From: an uncultured delta proteobacterium
GTDB taxonomy: Bacteria > Myxococcota_A > Polyangia > Fen-1088
DNA length: 64,000 bases
Assembly: GCA_963737265.1 (NCBI GenBank)
Contig: CAVTRY010000011.1
Coordinates: 1,056,001-1,120,000 of the forward strand
Direction: 5' to 3'
A program made the translations under genes and the position numbers. Position 1 is the stretch's first letter. Every line of letters begins with the position of its first letter. Below the pieces are notes generated by a model. The model was not told the DNA's origin and ran no database searches. It saw only the letters and a program-made list of their open reading frames with translations. Positions 1 through 10,637 of this stretch are shown one piece after another.

Positions 1-57
1 CGGCAGCCGCGGTGGTGGCGGACGCGCCCTGACGCGTTCGCCGAGGACTGGCCAGCC

Positions 58-1353
58 GTGGCCAAGTTGCTGGAGGAAACGCCTGGGCTGGAGGCTCAGA
101 CGGTGCTGGAGCTGCTGGAGGCGAAGCAGCCAGGGCGGTACAACGAGAGCCATCTTCGGACAATGCAGCGGCGAATCCGTCGCTGGCGGGCCGAGCATGG
201 TCCTGCGCGTGAGATTTGGTTCACGCAGGCGCATCGGCCCGGTGAAGCCGCGCAAACCGACTTCACGTCGACGGCGGAGCTTGGTGTGACGATCGTGGGC
301 CAGCTATTTGTGCACCTTTTGTGCGTGACGGTGCTGCCGTACTCGAACTGGCAATGGGCGACCGCGTGTCTGTCGGAGTCTCTGGCAGCGCTTCGGCGAG
401 GGATCCAGTCGGCGCTGTTCCAGCTTGGGCGGGTGCCGCGATACCACCAAACCGACCACTCGACGGCGGCGACACATCAGATCGCTCGCGATGCGGAAGA
501 TCGCACTTTCAACGATGAATACAAGGCGGTCATGCGGCACCTCGGAATGGAGCCACGAACTACAGCCGTCGGGGCCAAGGAACAAAACGGCGATGTGGAG
601 GCCAGCAACGGCGCGCTCAAGCGTCGGCTTGAACAAGCGTTGCTGGTGCGTGGCAGCCGCGACTTCGCGGACCAAGACGACTACGAACGCTTCGTAGCCA
701 AGGTGGTCCGCAAAGCCAACGCTTCGCGAGGCCCGCGCGTCGCCGAGGAGATCGAAGCCATGCGGCCGCTGGTGGTGGAGCGTTTGCCGGAGTACGCAGA
801 AATGACGGCACCTGTGGCGTCGACGAGCACCATCCGGGTCAAGTCGTGCGCCTACTCGGTGCCGTCGAGGCTGATCGGCGCACGGGTGAGAGTCCGCGTG
901 TTCGAGCACCGAATCGAGGTGTACTACGCCGACAACTTGGAATTGGCCTGCGACAGGCTGCGAGGCAAGACCGCGCGCATCGACTACCGGCACGTCATCT
1001 GGTCTTTGGTGCGCAAGCCGGGCGCGTTTTCTCGCTACGTCTACCGAGAAGAGCTGTTTCCAAGCGTGACTTTCAGGCGGGCATACGACGCGATCCAGGC
1101 GACCAAGCCTGGAATCAAAGGCGACGTTGAATACCTGCGCATTCTTCACCTGGCCGCCAGCACGATGGAAGCCGATGTCGAGCAAGCGCTCACGACTCTG
1201 CTTGCCGATGGGACCATCTTGACGGCGGATGCAACCAAGAAGAGATGCACACAGGCGACGGACAGTACCTATCCACCGAGCGTCCCCGCGCTCGAAGCAC
1301 CGCTGGTCGATCTCGCGTCCTACGACCTGCTCCTCGAACAGGTGGCATCATGA
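58..1353 (+). CDS. istA: IS21 transposase IstA (N-terminus probably outside window)
   Basis: DDE-like QTDFT / QTDHS / GDVE motifs and YSVPSRLIG beta-barrel; ATGA overlap with istB. Confidence 0.9.
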   Translation: MAKLLEETPGLEAQTVLELLEAKQPGRYNESHLRTMQRRIRRWRAEHGPAREIWFTQAHRPGEAAQTDFTSTAELGVTIVGQLFVHLLCVTVLPYSNWQWATACLSESLAALRRGIQSALFQLGRVPRYHQTDHSTAATHQIARDAEDRTFNDEYKAVMRHLGMEPRTTAVGAKEQNGDVEASNGALKRRLEQALLVRGSRDFADQDDYERFVAKVVRKANASRGPRVAEEIEAMRPLVVERLPEYAEMTAPVASTSTIRVKSCAYSVPSRLIGARVRVRVFEHRIEVYYADNLELACDRLRGKTARIDYRHVIWSLVRKPGAFSRYVYREELFPSVTFRRAYDAIQATKPGIKGDVEYLRILHLAASTMEADVEQALTTLLADGTILTADATKKRCTQATDSTYPPSVPALEAPLVDLASYDLLLEQVAS

Positions 1354-2198
1354 CCAACGTCTCCGTAGACACGGTCAAGCCGAGCGCGCTCGACGCTCTG
1401 CTGGTGCTTCTGCGCGCGCTCAAGCTGCCTGCCTTCACCCGGCACGCCGAGGAGATCGCGATCAAGGCCAGCCGCGAGGGGTGGACCTTCAGCCAATACC
1501 TCCAGCACCTGGCCGAACTGGAAATCGAAGAGCGCCGAACCCGTCGCATCGATCGCGCGCTTCGCGATTCGGACCTTCCCACGGAGAAAACCCTGGCCAC
1601 CCTGGAACGTGGTCGGCTGTCACCCAAGGTGATGAAGCAGATGGCGAGCCTGTGTGAGGGTGGCTTTGTCGAACGTGGGGAGAACCTGCTCGTCTTCGGA
1701 CTGCCCGGCCGAGGCAAAAGTCACGTTGTGGCTGCCATCGGCCACGAACTCATCCGGCGCGGCTACCGGGTCCTCTTCACGCCGACCTTCGCGCTTGTCC
1801 AGAGGCTGCTGGCCGCCAAGCGCGACCTTCGCCTGGAACGAGAACTGGCCGCGCTCGACATCTATCACGCCGTGATCCTCGACGACATCGGCTACGTCCA
1901 GCAGAGCCGCGATGAAATGGAGGTCCTTTTCACCTTCCTGGCCGAGCGGTACGAACGCAAGAGCGTCCTCATCACCAGCAACCTGGTCTTCAGCGATTGG
2001 ATCCGCATTTTCAAGGATCCCATGACCACCGCCGCCGCCATCGACCGACTGGTCCACCACGCGGTCATCCTTGAGATGACCGGCCCCAGCTACCGCAGCG
2101 AAGAAGCACGAAAGAGAGGCGTCACCACCCCAGCGACAACTACGACAACTACCGATCAACCAACGACAACTACCCCCGACAACAATGGGGCGATGTAA
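1350..2198 (+). CDS. istB: IS21 helper AAA+ ATPase IstB
   Basis: Walker A GLPGRGKS, Walker B VILDD, ITSN and AIDRLVHH motifs; Thr-rich tail. Confidence 0.93.
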   Translation: MTNVSVDTVKPSALDALLVLLRALKLPAFTRHAEEIAIKASREGWTFSQYLQHLAELEIEERRTRRIDRALRDSDLPTEKTLATLERGRLSPKVMKQMASLCEGGFVERGENLLVFGLPGRGKSHVVAAIGHELIRRGYRVLFTPTFALVQRLLAAKRDLRLERELAALDIYHAVILDDIGYVQQSRDEMEVLFTFLAERYERKSVLITSNLVFSDWIRIFKDPMTTAAAIDRLVHHAVILEMTGPSYRSEEARKRGVTTPATTTTTTDQPTTTTPDNNGAM

Positions 2199-2302
2199 TT
2201 GACGTCACCGGGTGAATGTAGTTGACGTCCAGCACGGCACCAGATCTACAGAGCGCGGCTGTCCATTTCCACCGTGCTGCTGGGCGCGGACAAGCCCCAT
2301 GG

Positions 2303-2863
<561 letters not shown>

Positions 2864-2867
2864 GACG

Positions 2868-3233
2868 CTACTCTTGCCTGACGATGTCGACCGAGATCTC
2901 CACCGCCGGAATCGTTCCTCTGTTCTCGAGCCAGTGCGTGGTGTTCCTATCCTCGGGCCAACCGACACCCGGCCCGTAATCCGTGGCAACTCCATTTCGG
3001 TGGTCCGTGATCGTTCCTTGCAGGATGTAGACGGTGCCTGGCCTACCTTTGTGGTCGTGAATCGGACCGAAGACGCCTCCAGGCTCCATGGTCACTATAC
3101 GCATTCGAAGTTGGCGCCCCGCCATGCCCTCGATCTCAGGGCCAAGGTCAACCGTGGCGAGTAACTTCACCGAAATAGCTTTCGTTTCAGGTGCCACCTG
3201 TTCGTTGCTCATCAACGTCTGCGTGTTCGACAT
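2868..3233 (-). CDS. Cupin domain protein
   Basis: HDH..PGTVYILQG and HWLEN cupin motifs. Confidence 0.8.
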   Translation of the reverse strand: MSNTQTLMSNEQVAPETKAISVKLLATVDLGPEIEGMAGRQLRMRIVTMEPGGVFGPIHDHKGRPGTVYILQGTITDHRNGVATDYGPGVGWPEDRNTTHWLENRGTIPAVEISVDIVRQE

Positions 3234-3378
3234 GAATCCTCCGGAGTACCTATGTGTACTTTACGAATAGATGCATGAAATGCTGTTGAGGCTCGCAGAA
3301 ACAGGATGCTGCTCCACCTGTCCACCCGCTCAGCGCTCCCTTCCTGGTATAGAGCACTGCAAGGTCGATCAGCCGCCG

Positions 3379-3780
3379 TCACCAGATCGTATCGAGATCC
3401 GCGGCGCGGATCTTTCTGTCCCTGGTCACGAGAGGAAGACCCAGGTGGAGCGCTGTCGCTGCGATGATTCTGTCGGGCATGTCGGGGACGCTATCCCGGT
3501 CAACCCTTGCCACGGCGTCAGCCACGCCGCGGTCAATCGCCGCCAGCACGAGTCCCGACGCAGGATCGTCGATCAGGCTGGTCACGCGCGCTCTTGCAGC
3601 CTCGGGTAGACGCCCCTTCTCCACGAGGTAGGTCAACTCGATCAAGCTGACAGCCGGCACATGCAGCGGCTCACCCGCAGCAAGGGCGGCGTCGAGTCGA
3701 TTTCGCGCGGTAACCGAAAGGCGCGGCGAACCGAGCAGATACCAGACGAGTGCGTGGGTATCGACAACCATGCCTGCCAT
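3379..3780 (-). CDS. vapC: VapC PIN-domain toxin
   Basis: VVDTHALVWY, DMPDRIIAATA and LVTRD PIN acidic residues; coupled to upstream antitoxin. Confidence 0.9.
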   Translation of the reverse strand: MAGMVVDTHALVWYLLGSPRLSVTARNRLDAALAAGEPLHVPAVSLIELTYLVEKGRLPEAARARVTSLIDDPASGLVLAAIDRGVADAVARVDRDSVPDMPDRIIAATALHLGLPLVTRDRKIRAADLDTIW

Positions 3781-4004
3781 TAGAGATCCCGGCGTGGAAA
3801 TTCGGCCCAGGCCTCGCGCCTGGCTTGGTTGATGTCCTCGGCCGACAGATCGACGCCCAGATCAGCCAACGCGCCGGACAAGCTCTTGTGTGGCGTGCCC
3901 CGGCCCAAGCGAGTCTCGAGGAACTCGACGAAGTCCAGCACCTCGCGCTGCCCCTCTGGCGGCAGCGCCTTGGCTTTGGCCACAAGGATCTCCATGGTCG
4001 TCAT
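3780..4004 (-). CDS. Antitoxin (DUF2281-like) of VapBC pair
   Basis: 74 aa, ALPPEGQREVLDFVEFL; TAATG overlap with vapC. Confidence 0.8.
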   Translation of the reverse strand: MTTMEILVAKAKALPPEGQREVLDFVEFLETRLGRGTPHKSLSGALADLGVDLSAEDINQARREAWAEFPRRDL

Positions 4005-4088
4005 GCCCCTATGATACCCGAGCCGTGAGGAAGGAAAACCCCGAAGTCCGAAACCGCCCTCGGCCGGGGTTCGCCCATCCGTGCTAAC

Positions 4089-4988
4089 GTGCTTTGCAAT
4101 GACCTCCCACGCTTCATTGCCAAGGGCAGTCAGCTGGTGGATCCTGCCCGAGCGAGCCTGGCCCTTTGCCTTGCACTCGGCTGCGTATTCAATGTCGCGT
4201 GCGCATCCACGCTGCCGGCATACCCAGGCCCACGCAGGCCAACCCAGACAGTGGCTCGTCTGCACGCCCGAGACGTCGACATCGAGGAGGTCGATGGCTA
4301 CCGAGGAGGATGGACCGCCTCGGACTTCGAAATCGCCCCCGGAACGCATTCGGCTCTGGTGCGAATCGTGGGCAGACGGGAGCATGTGGCAGTCTCATCC
4401 GGGGTGTTGCGGGTCTGTTTCGTCTCCGAGGCGGGCCACACCTACGCGGTCATTCCCCGGATGGCCGCAACCGGTGTTGGGCAGGGGCCGTGGCTCCCCC
4501 GTATCGCGGATGAAACGGTGAATGCCTGGGTGCCATCGAAGTCCCTCAACGCCGAGGAGACCGCGTGCTCCGAGCAATCGATGGAGCCAGTCTTCCGTAT
4601 CGCCTGGCCCCTTGGGATCGGGAACATCCGTTCGAATGCGATGGAGCAACGGAAAGGCTACTTCCAACAGGTCAAAGCGCATGTCGAGCCGCAGTGGAGG
4701 CCCATCGAGGAGTATGCCCGAAGAAACCCCACTGATCCCGATCTGGGCATGCGCAAGTGGGCGACGGTGCTGCATGTCCAGTTGCGCGCCGACGGCTCGC
4801 TCATGAATGTGCAGATCGCGGTGCCGTCGGGCTCCCCTGTGCTGGACGAAATCGCTGTCTCTGCCGTGCAACAAGCCCAACCTTTCCCGGCACCATCCCC
4901 CGATCTGGTCAAGCCAACCGGCATGACGACCATCCCACTGGCCTTCGAAATCAACGGGGCTGGAAAGTCGGCGATGGCCAATCCATAG
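4089..4988 (+). CDS. TonB C-terminal domain protein, possible lipoprotein (start uncertain)
   Basis: C-terminal DGSL..V....SG...LDEIAVSAVQQAQPFPAP; hydrophobic stretch ending VAC. Confidence 0.65.
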   Translation: MLCNDLPRFIAKGSQLVDPARASLALCLALGCVFNVACASTLPAYPGPRRPTQTVARLHARDVDIEEVDGYRGGWTASDFEIAPGTHSALVRIVGRREHVAVSSGVLRVCFVSEAGHTYAVIPRMAATGVGQGPWLPRIADETVNAWVPSKSLNAEETACSEQSMEPVFRIAWPLGIGNIRSNAMEQRKGYFQQVKAHVEPQWRPIEEYARRNPTDPDLGMRKWATVLHVQLRADGSLMNVQIAVPSGSPVLDEIAVSAVQQAQPFPAPSPDLVKPTGMTTIPLAFEINGAGKSAMANP

Positions 4989-5018
4989 CTGTGGCAGGAG
5001 GGCGGCCAGCCGCGGTCA

Positions 5019-5129
5019 CAATCAGGCCTCGCTCCTGTCCCCGCCAGCGGCCGAAACGCTGCCTCCATCATTTCGCAAGTCACAGCACCCGTCCGAGGTG
5101 ACGTTGATGGAATACCGAAGGGGGCGCAT
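5019..5129 (-). pseudogene. Internally deleted remnant copy of the DHFR/RibD-family gene
   Basis: Encodes MRPLRYSINVTSDGCC and EMMEAAFRP; similar to 2663-2863 with the middle missing. Confidence 0.8.
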
Positions 5130-5693
5130 TACGTGACGCCGACGGGGTGGACCAGCAAGGTTAGCCCGTGGGACGTCACCCAGCTTCTTGCCCCCGGTGA
5201 TACAATGCCGCCACCGATGCATCCTTGTGCTCACCGACCCCAAAGGCTGAACCATGGCGAAAACTAGCGACAAGGCCGCGAAGCCCAAGGTCGCCGCCAA
5301 GGAATCCCCGCAGTCGGGCGCCAACCTCGGGTTCGAGGCCAAGCTGTGGCTGACCGCCGATAAGCTTCGCAACAACATGGACGCGGCGGAATACAAGCAC
5401 GTCGTCCTCGGCCTCATCTTCCTCAAGTACATCTCGGACACCTTCGACGAACATCACGCCAAGCTGGTCGCGGGCAAGGGCGACTACGCGGGCGCCAACC
5501 CCGAGGACAAGGACGAGTACAAAGCCGAGAACGTCTTCTGGGTGCCCAAGGAAGCGCGCTGGGCGTACCTGCAGGCCAGCGCAAAGCAGCCTACCGTCGG
5601 CAAGGTGGTGGACGACGCCATGGTCTGAAGTGGACCCCAAAAATGGGACCAGGAGCTAAGGTGTAGTCCGCCTCAACAACGAGGCAGGACACG

Positions 5694-5987
5694 ATGAAAA
5701 CGAACCGCCAAAAGCACACAGCACTCTTCAAGGCGCAGGTAGCTCTCGAAGCCATGCGGGAGCAGGCAACGGTTGTGGAGATCGGGCGCCGATACAAGAT
5801 CAACCCGAACCTGGTTCACAAGTGGAAGAAGGAAGCCGTCACACGGCTGGCCATGGTTTTCGAACCAGGCCATGCAAATGCAGAGGAATCGGCGAACGCC
5901 GAACGCGAATCGGAATTGCTGCGCAAGGTGGGGCAGCTGACGCTGGAGAATGATTTTTTAGCACGCGGGCTCGCGCGCATTCGCTGA
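5694..5987 (+). CDS. IS3 transposase OrfA (HTH)
   Basis: FKAQVALEA..HTH..WKK; slippery TTTTTTA at about 5955. Confidence 0.9.
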   Translation: MKTNRQKHTALFKAQVALEAMREQATVVEIGRRYKINPNLVHKWKKEAVTRLAMVFEPGHANAEESANAERESELLRKVGQLTLENDFLARGLARIR

Positions 5988-6001
5988 CGGAGAAGCGCGC
6001 C

Positions 6002-6838
6002 ATGATCGAGCCCCACAACGACCTATCTGTCCGTCGGCAGTGCGAGCTGCTGAATCTTGCGAGATCGGGCATCTACTGGGAGCCGATGCCGATGGCAGAG
6101 GAAGATCTGGCCATCTGCAAGGAGCTGGACAAGCTGCATCTCGAATTGCCAGCATTCGGCAGCCGGAAGCTGTCACGGTTGCTAAAGGCACAGGGGCAGA
6201 CGGTGAATCGCAAACGGGTGCAGAGACTGATGCGAATCATGGGCATCGAAGCGCTGGCGCCCAAACCGCGGACGACCGTGCCCGCGCCGGAACATACGAA
6301 ATTCCCGTACTTGCTGCGCCATCTCGCGATCATTCGGCCCAATCAGGTGTGGGCCTCGGATATCACGTACATCCCGACGAGACAGGGGCATTGCTACCTG
6401 GTCGCCGTGATGGATTGGTACACGCGCCGGGTTCTGTCCTGGCGCATTTCAAACACGATGGACAGCCGTTTTTGCATCGAGGTCGTGGAAGAAGCTCTTG
6501 CGAACTTCGGCTTGCCGGAGATCTTCAACACCGACCAGGGGTCGCAGTTTACCGACGACAACTTCACATCGGTTTTGCTGGACAAGGGCGTAAAGGTCAG
6601 CATGGACGGTCGCGGCCGATTCATGGACAACATCTTCGTCGAGCGTCTATGGCGGTCTGTCAAATGCGAGGAGGTCTACTTGAACGACTACCGAGACGTG
6701 GCCGACGCCCGCAGTGGCATCGCGATCTACCTGGACAAGTACAACCACAGGCGGCCTCACCAAACCCTTGGATTTCAGACACCCGTAGCGTTTTACGAAT
6801 TCGAACTAAAGAAGTCGGCGATGAAAGAGGCCGCCTAA
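6002..6838 (+). CDS. IS3 transposase OrfB (DDE)
   Basis: WASDITY, NTDQGSQF and DNIFVERLWRSVK motifs; -1 frame relative to OrfA. Confidence 0.93.
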   Translation: MIEPHNDLSVRRQCELLNLARSGIYWEPMPMAEEDLAICKELDKLHLELPAFGSRKLSRLLKAQGQTVNRKRVQRLMRIMGIEALAPKPRTTVPAPEHTKFPYLLRHLAIIRPNQVWASDITYIPTRQGHCYLVAVMDWYTRRVLSWRISNTMDSRFCIEVVEEALANFGLPEIFNTDQGSQFTDDNFTSVLLDKGVKVSMDGRGRFMDNIFVERLWRSVKCEEVYLNDYRDVADARSGIAIYLDKYNHRRPHQTLGFQTPVAFYEFELKKSAMKEAA

Positions 6839-7346
6839 ATCGCCGCTGCATCATGCTGATGGCACGCTGCCCACAACTGCAACGCGTTCACCTGCTTCTG
6901 TGGGGCCGTGCGCGCATTGCATCCGTGGACAGCAGCCATCAGCATGCCTCCGCTCTCAACAATTTCCTTGCCGGCGAGGCTCACCCGGATCTACAAACAA
7001 ACCCACGCGGACTCTCTCTTAGCTCGGGCCATTTCTGGTCCTACCAAAGGGGTCCACTTCAGTCGCCATCGAGCGCGACAACCCGCGCCTCAAGGGCGTC
7101 CTGCCCAAAGAGTACGCCCGCCCCGGCCTCGACAAGCACCGCCTGGGCGAGCTCATCGACCTCATCGGCACCATCGGACTCGGCGACCGCGAGAACCGCG
7201 CCAAGGACATCCTGGGCCGTGCGTACGAATACTTCCTTACCCAGTTCGCCAGCGCCGAGGGCAAGAACGGCGGCCAGTTCTACACCCCGTCCTGTGTCGT
7301 GCGCTGCCTGGTCGCCATGCTCGCGCCATACAAGGGCCGAATCTAC

Positions 7347-7382
<36 letters not shown>

Positions 7383-7762
7383 TCCGAGAAGTTCGTGGAA
7401 GCCCACGGCGGCAAGCTGGGCGACATCAGCATCTACGGCCAAGAGAGCAACGCCACCACCCGCCGCCTGGCCGTGATGAACCTTGCCCTGCGTGGCATCG
7501 AAGCCGACTTCGGCCCCGAGCACGCCGACACCTTCCGCCGCGACCTGCACCCCGACCTGCGCGCCGACTACGTCCCGGCCAATCCGCCCTTCAACGACTC
7601 GGACTGGTTCCGCAAGGACGACGACGTGCGCTGGCAGTTCGGCAGCCCGCCCAAGGGCACCACCACGTCGGCGCGGAGGAAGTGGAAGATGATGGCGAGC
7701 CGTTTGGCGAGAAGATGGCGAGACTGGTAGCTGAGCTAAGCGGGCAATTCGCCGAGGGAGCC

Positions 7763-7816
7763 AAGCTGGAGAAGGCCATCAAGGCGAACCTGAAGGGGCT
7801 GGGGTATGGAGGCTAA
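7763..7816 (+). repeat. hsdM 3'-end direct repeat, copy 1
   Basis: 46/54 identical to 8969-9022. Confidence 0.9.
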
Positions 7817-7831
7817 CGTCCGGAGATTCCG

Positions 7832-7886
7832 CCTCGCCCCGCGCAGCGGGGAGAGGCCGACGCGCGAAGCGCGGCGGGTGAGGGGC
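7832..7886 (-). repeat. REP-like palindromic repeat (CCCTCACCC...CTCTCCC type)
   Basis: Reverse complement matches 21203-21269. Confidence 0.75.
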
Positions 7887-7939
7887 ACAGGCACGTGCTG
7901 TCATCCCGGCAAGGATTTCTCGTGACGCAATCATTTTTC

Positions 7940-7968
7940 TTGCGCGAGAAATACACCATGGGTACTTT
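7940..7968 (+). promoter_or_regulatory. Sigma70-type promoter of the Abi cassette
   Basis: TTGCGC-N17-TACTTT; predicted TSS about 7975. Confidence 0.6.
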
Positions 7969-7973
7969 TGGAG

Positions 7974-8035
7974 ACAGCAAACCCGCCGGGCCTCTATCGC
8001 AAGATATGCTCTCTCTCGGCGGGTGTTTCTTTTTC
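7974..8035 (+). ncRNA. Putative abiF-type leader/antitoxin RNA hairpin with U-tract
   Basis: ACCCGCCG (7981-7988) pairs with CGGCGGGT (8017-8024), followed by GTTTCTTTTT, directly upstream of the Abi gene. Confidence 0.6.
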
Positions 8036-8049
8036 AGGGTGAGGATGTC

Positions 8050-8967
8050 GTGAGGTTCACGAAGCCACCCCTGAGTGTCGAACAGCAGGTCGACCTCTTG
8101 CTGACTCGGGGAATACAAGGCGATCGCGGCGAAATGCTCCAGCGCCTGACCGCCGTCAGCTACTACCGCCTTAGCGGCTACTGGTTCCACCGCAAGCTGG
8201 CCGACAACACCTTTCAGCCCGGAACCCATTTCCAGGTGGTTTGGGACCAGTACGTCTTCGATCGCAAGCTGCGGATCGTGTTCATGGACGCTATCGAACG
8301 GATCGGGGTGGGTCTGCGGACGTTCCTATCGCTTCATCACGCCCATGCGCACGGTCCCTTCGGATACACAGATGACCCGGCCTCGCTTCCCAAGTTAGAT
8401 CCATCGAGACGTGCCGACCTTCTGAAACGCATCACCGATGAGGTGCAGCGAAACCGGAAGCGGGAGCTTTTCGTGAAGCACTTCTTCGACACCTACGGCG
8501 ACCACCACACCTTGCCGCCGATCTGGGTCGCCACCGAGGTGATGAGCTTGGGTTGCGTGCTCAGCCTTTGGCAGGCCACGACCAAGAAGGTGAAGAACGA
8601 AGTTGCCCGGATGTTCAAGGTCAGCGACGAGGTGTTGAAGACGTGGCTGTGGTCGCTAAACGAAGTTCGCAACATTTGCGCCCACCATGGTCGCCTGTGG
8701 AACCGCGATTTGGGGAACAAGCCGACCATTCCACACGCCAAGCATCATCCCGACTGGCATGCACCCGTCGCCATCCCCAACCACCGGGTCTTCGCTGTCT
8801 TGACGGTTTGCGCGCATTCGTTGACGCTGCTCGCGCCCCATAGCCATTGGCAACGTCGACTGCGGGGCTTGCTGAATCAGCATCCCAAGGTGCCCATCAA
8901 GAACATGGGCTTCCCAGAGAATTGGCTCGATTGTCCGATCTGGAAAGGTACCGCCGATGCTGCTTAG
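8050..8967 (+). CDS. Abi family (AbiD/AbiF, Abi_2) HEPN RNase
   Basis: KPPLSVEQQ, SYYRLSGY, YVFDRKLR, PPIWVATEVMSLG and HEPN RNICAHH motifs; GAGG RBS before GTG. Confidence 0.9.
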   Translation: MRFTKPPLSVEQQVDLLLTRGIQGDRGEMLQRLTAVSYYRLSGYWFHRKLADNTFQPGTHFQVVWDQYVFDRKLRIVFMDAIERIGVGLRTFLSLHHAHAHGPFGYTDDPASLPKLDPSRRADLLKRITDEVQRNRKRELFVKHFFDTYGDHHTLPPIWVATEVMSLGCVLSLWQATTKKVKNEVARMFKVSDEVLKTWLWSLNEVRNICAHHGRLWNRDLGNKPTIPHAKHHPDWHAPVAIPNHRVFAVLTVCAHSLTLLAPHSHWQRRLRGLLNQHPKVPIKNMGFPENWLDCPIWKGTADAA

Positions 8968-8968
8968 G

Positions 8969-9022
8969 AAGCTGGAGAAAGCCATCAAGGGGAATTTGAA
9001 AGGACTGGGGTATGGCGGATAA
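8969..9022 (+). repeat. hsdM 3'-end direct repeat, copy 2, containing the hsdS start
   Basis: Encodes [17 protein letters not shown]; hsdS ATG overlaps it. Confidence 0.9.
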
Positions 9023-10328
9023 GTGGACACGGGTTCGCGTTGACGAAATCGCGCAGCGGACGGCGACCGGTCCGTTTGGCTCTGCGATTAGCTCGAAGCA
9101 CTTTTGTGATTCCGGTGTTCCCGTCATTCGCGGCAGCAATCTGAGTCAGAAAACGGGCATTCGGTTGGTTGACGAGGGTTTGACGTTCGTCTCGGAGGAG
9201 AAGGCCAGGGAGTTCGCTCGCTCGGAAGCTCGGCCTGGGGACTTGGTATTCACTTGCTGGGGAACAATCGACCAAGTCGGACTCATCGACCGCCGCGCAC
9301 GCCACAAGCGCTACATCGTGTCGAACAAGCAAATGCTGTTCACCCCGGATGCGTCGCGGGCAGACAGCCTCTTTCTGTACTACACGTTCCGTTCACCGGA
9401 GAATCGTTCGGCGATACTGAACCAAGGAATTGGCAGCTCAGTTCCCGGTTTCAACCTGGGGCAGCTCCGCTCATTTGAGATCGACCTTCCGCCCCTCGCT
9501 GTACAGAAGGCAATCGCGGCGGTGCTTGGCGCGCTGGACGACAAGATCGAGTTGAACCGGCGGATGAACTCGACTCTGGATGCGATGGCGCGGGCGCTGT
9601 TCCAGAGCTGGTTCGTGGATTTCGATCCCGTCCGCGCCAAACTCGACGGCCGCAAACCCGAATGCCTCGACAAAGCCACCGCCGCCCTGTTCCCCGCCGC
9701 CTTCGAAGACTCCCCGCTGGGTCTCATCCCACGCGGTTGGGAAACGCGCAGCCTTGACAAGACCGCCAACTACCTGAACGGGCTCGCCCTCCAAAACTAT
9801 CCGGCGGGCGATGGCGATGATCTTCCCGTGATCAAGATTGCCCAGCTCCGCAAGGGCGACACCGATGGAGCAGACCGGTGCAGCGCCGACCTGTCACCCG
9901 AGTACATCGTTCAGGACGGCGATGTACTATTCTCGTGGTCGGGCAGCCTGGAGGTCCAGCTGTGGTGTGGCGGCCCAGGCGCGCTGAACCAGCACCTATT
10001 CAAGGTCACCTCGGCCGAGTTCCCGAAATGGTTCTGCTACCTCTGGACGTTGCACCACCTCGACGAGTTCCGCCTCATCGCAGCTGGCAAGGCGACTACC
10101 ATGGGGCACATCCAGCGCGGCCACTTGACAGCAGCCAAGGTCATCATTCCACCCCAGCCGTTGCTCAAAGCGATGACCCGCGTCTTAGCGCCGCTTGTCG
10201 ACCAAATCATCTCCAACCGCATCCAGTCGCGCACCCTCGCCACCCTGCGCGACACCCTGCTGCCAAAACTGCTGAGCGGGGAGCTGAGCGTAGACGGCCC
10301 GCGAGCCCTTCTTGAAGCGAACCCATGA
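9012..10328 (+). CDS. hsdS: Type I R-M specificity subunit
   Basis: Two TRDs; PPLAVQKAIAAVLGALDDKIELNRRMN and LATLRDTLLPKLLSGE conserved helices. Confidence 0.93.
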   Translation: MADKWTRVRVDEIAQRTATGPFGSAISSKHFCDSGVPVIRGSNLSQKTGIRLVDEGLTFVSEEKAREFARSEARPGDLVFTCWGTIDQVGLIDRRARHKRYIVSNKQMLFTPDASRADSLFLYYTFRSPENRSAILNQGIGSSVPGFNLGQLRSFEIDLPPLAVQKAIAAVLGALDDKIELNRRMNSTLDAMARALFQSWFVDFDPVRAKLDGRKPECLDKATAALFPAAFEDSPLGLIPRGWETRSLDKTANYLNGLALQNYPAGDGDDLPVIKIAQLRKGDTDGADRCSADLSPEYIVQDGDVLFSWSGSLEVQLWCGGPGALNQHLFKVTSAEFPKWFCYLWTLHHLDEFRLIAAGKATTMGHIQRGHLTAAKVIIPPQPLLKAMTRVLAPLVDQIISNRIQSRTLATLRDTLLPKLLSGELSVDGPRALLEANP

Positions 10329-10637
10329 ACGGCAACAAGCGCCTCCGAAGGGTCTTTTCTGTGAAGGAGGAACTCCTCAAGAAGTCCCGCGAGGCGGCGC
10401 TCGCTGCGGTGCAGATATTCAACAACCCAAACGTCACGTTCAAATCCGAGACGTACGTTATCCTCATGATTGTCTCGTGGACGTACCTCCTGCACGCTTA
10501 CTACCGGGGCCAAAGGATCGACTATCGCTACTACGCCCAGGGCGACAGACGAAGGCGATTCGACCGAACGAAGGGCGAGTATGCACTTCACAACACCAGC
10601 GGAAACCACAAAAACCTACACCTGACAGCCTGCTAGC

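Larger units (their letters stand above)
1..2234 (+). mobile_element. IS21-family element, left end outside window
   Basis: istA/istB pair; right end has two repeats ATGTA(A/G)TTGACGTC (2193-2206, 2216-2229) and ends in CA at about 2234. Confidence 0.85.
5626..7061 (+). mobile_element. IS3-family element, 1436 bp
   Basis: TIRs TGAAGTGGACCCC...GGACCAG at both ends; 3-bp TSD GTC (5623-5625, 7062-7064). Confidence 0.95.
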
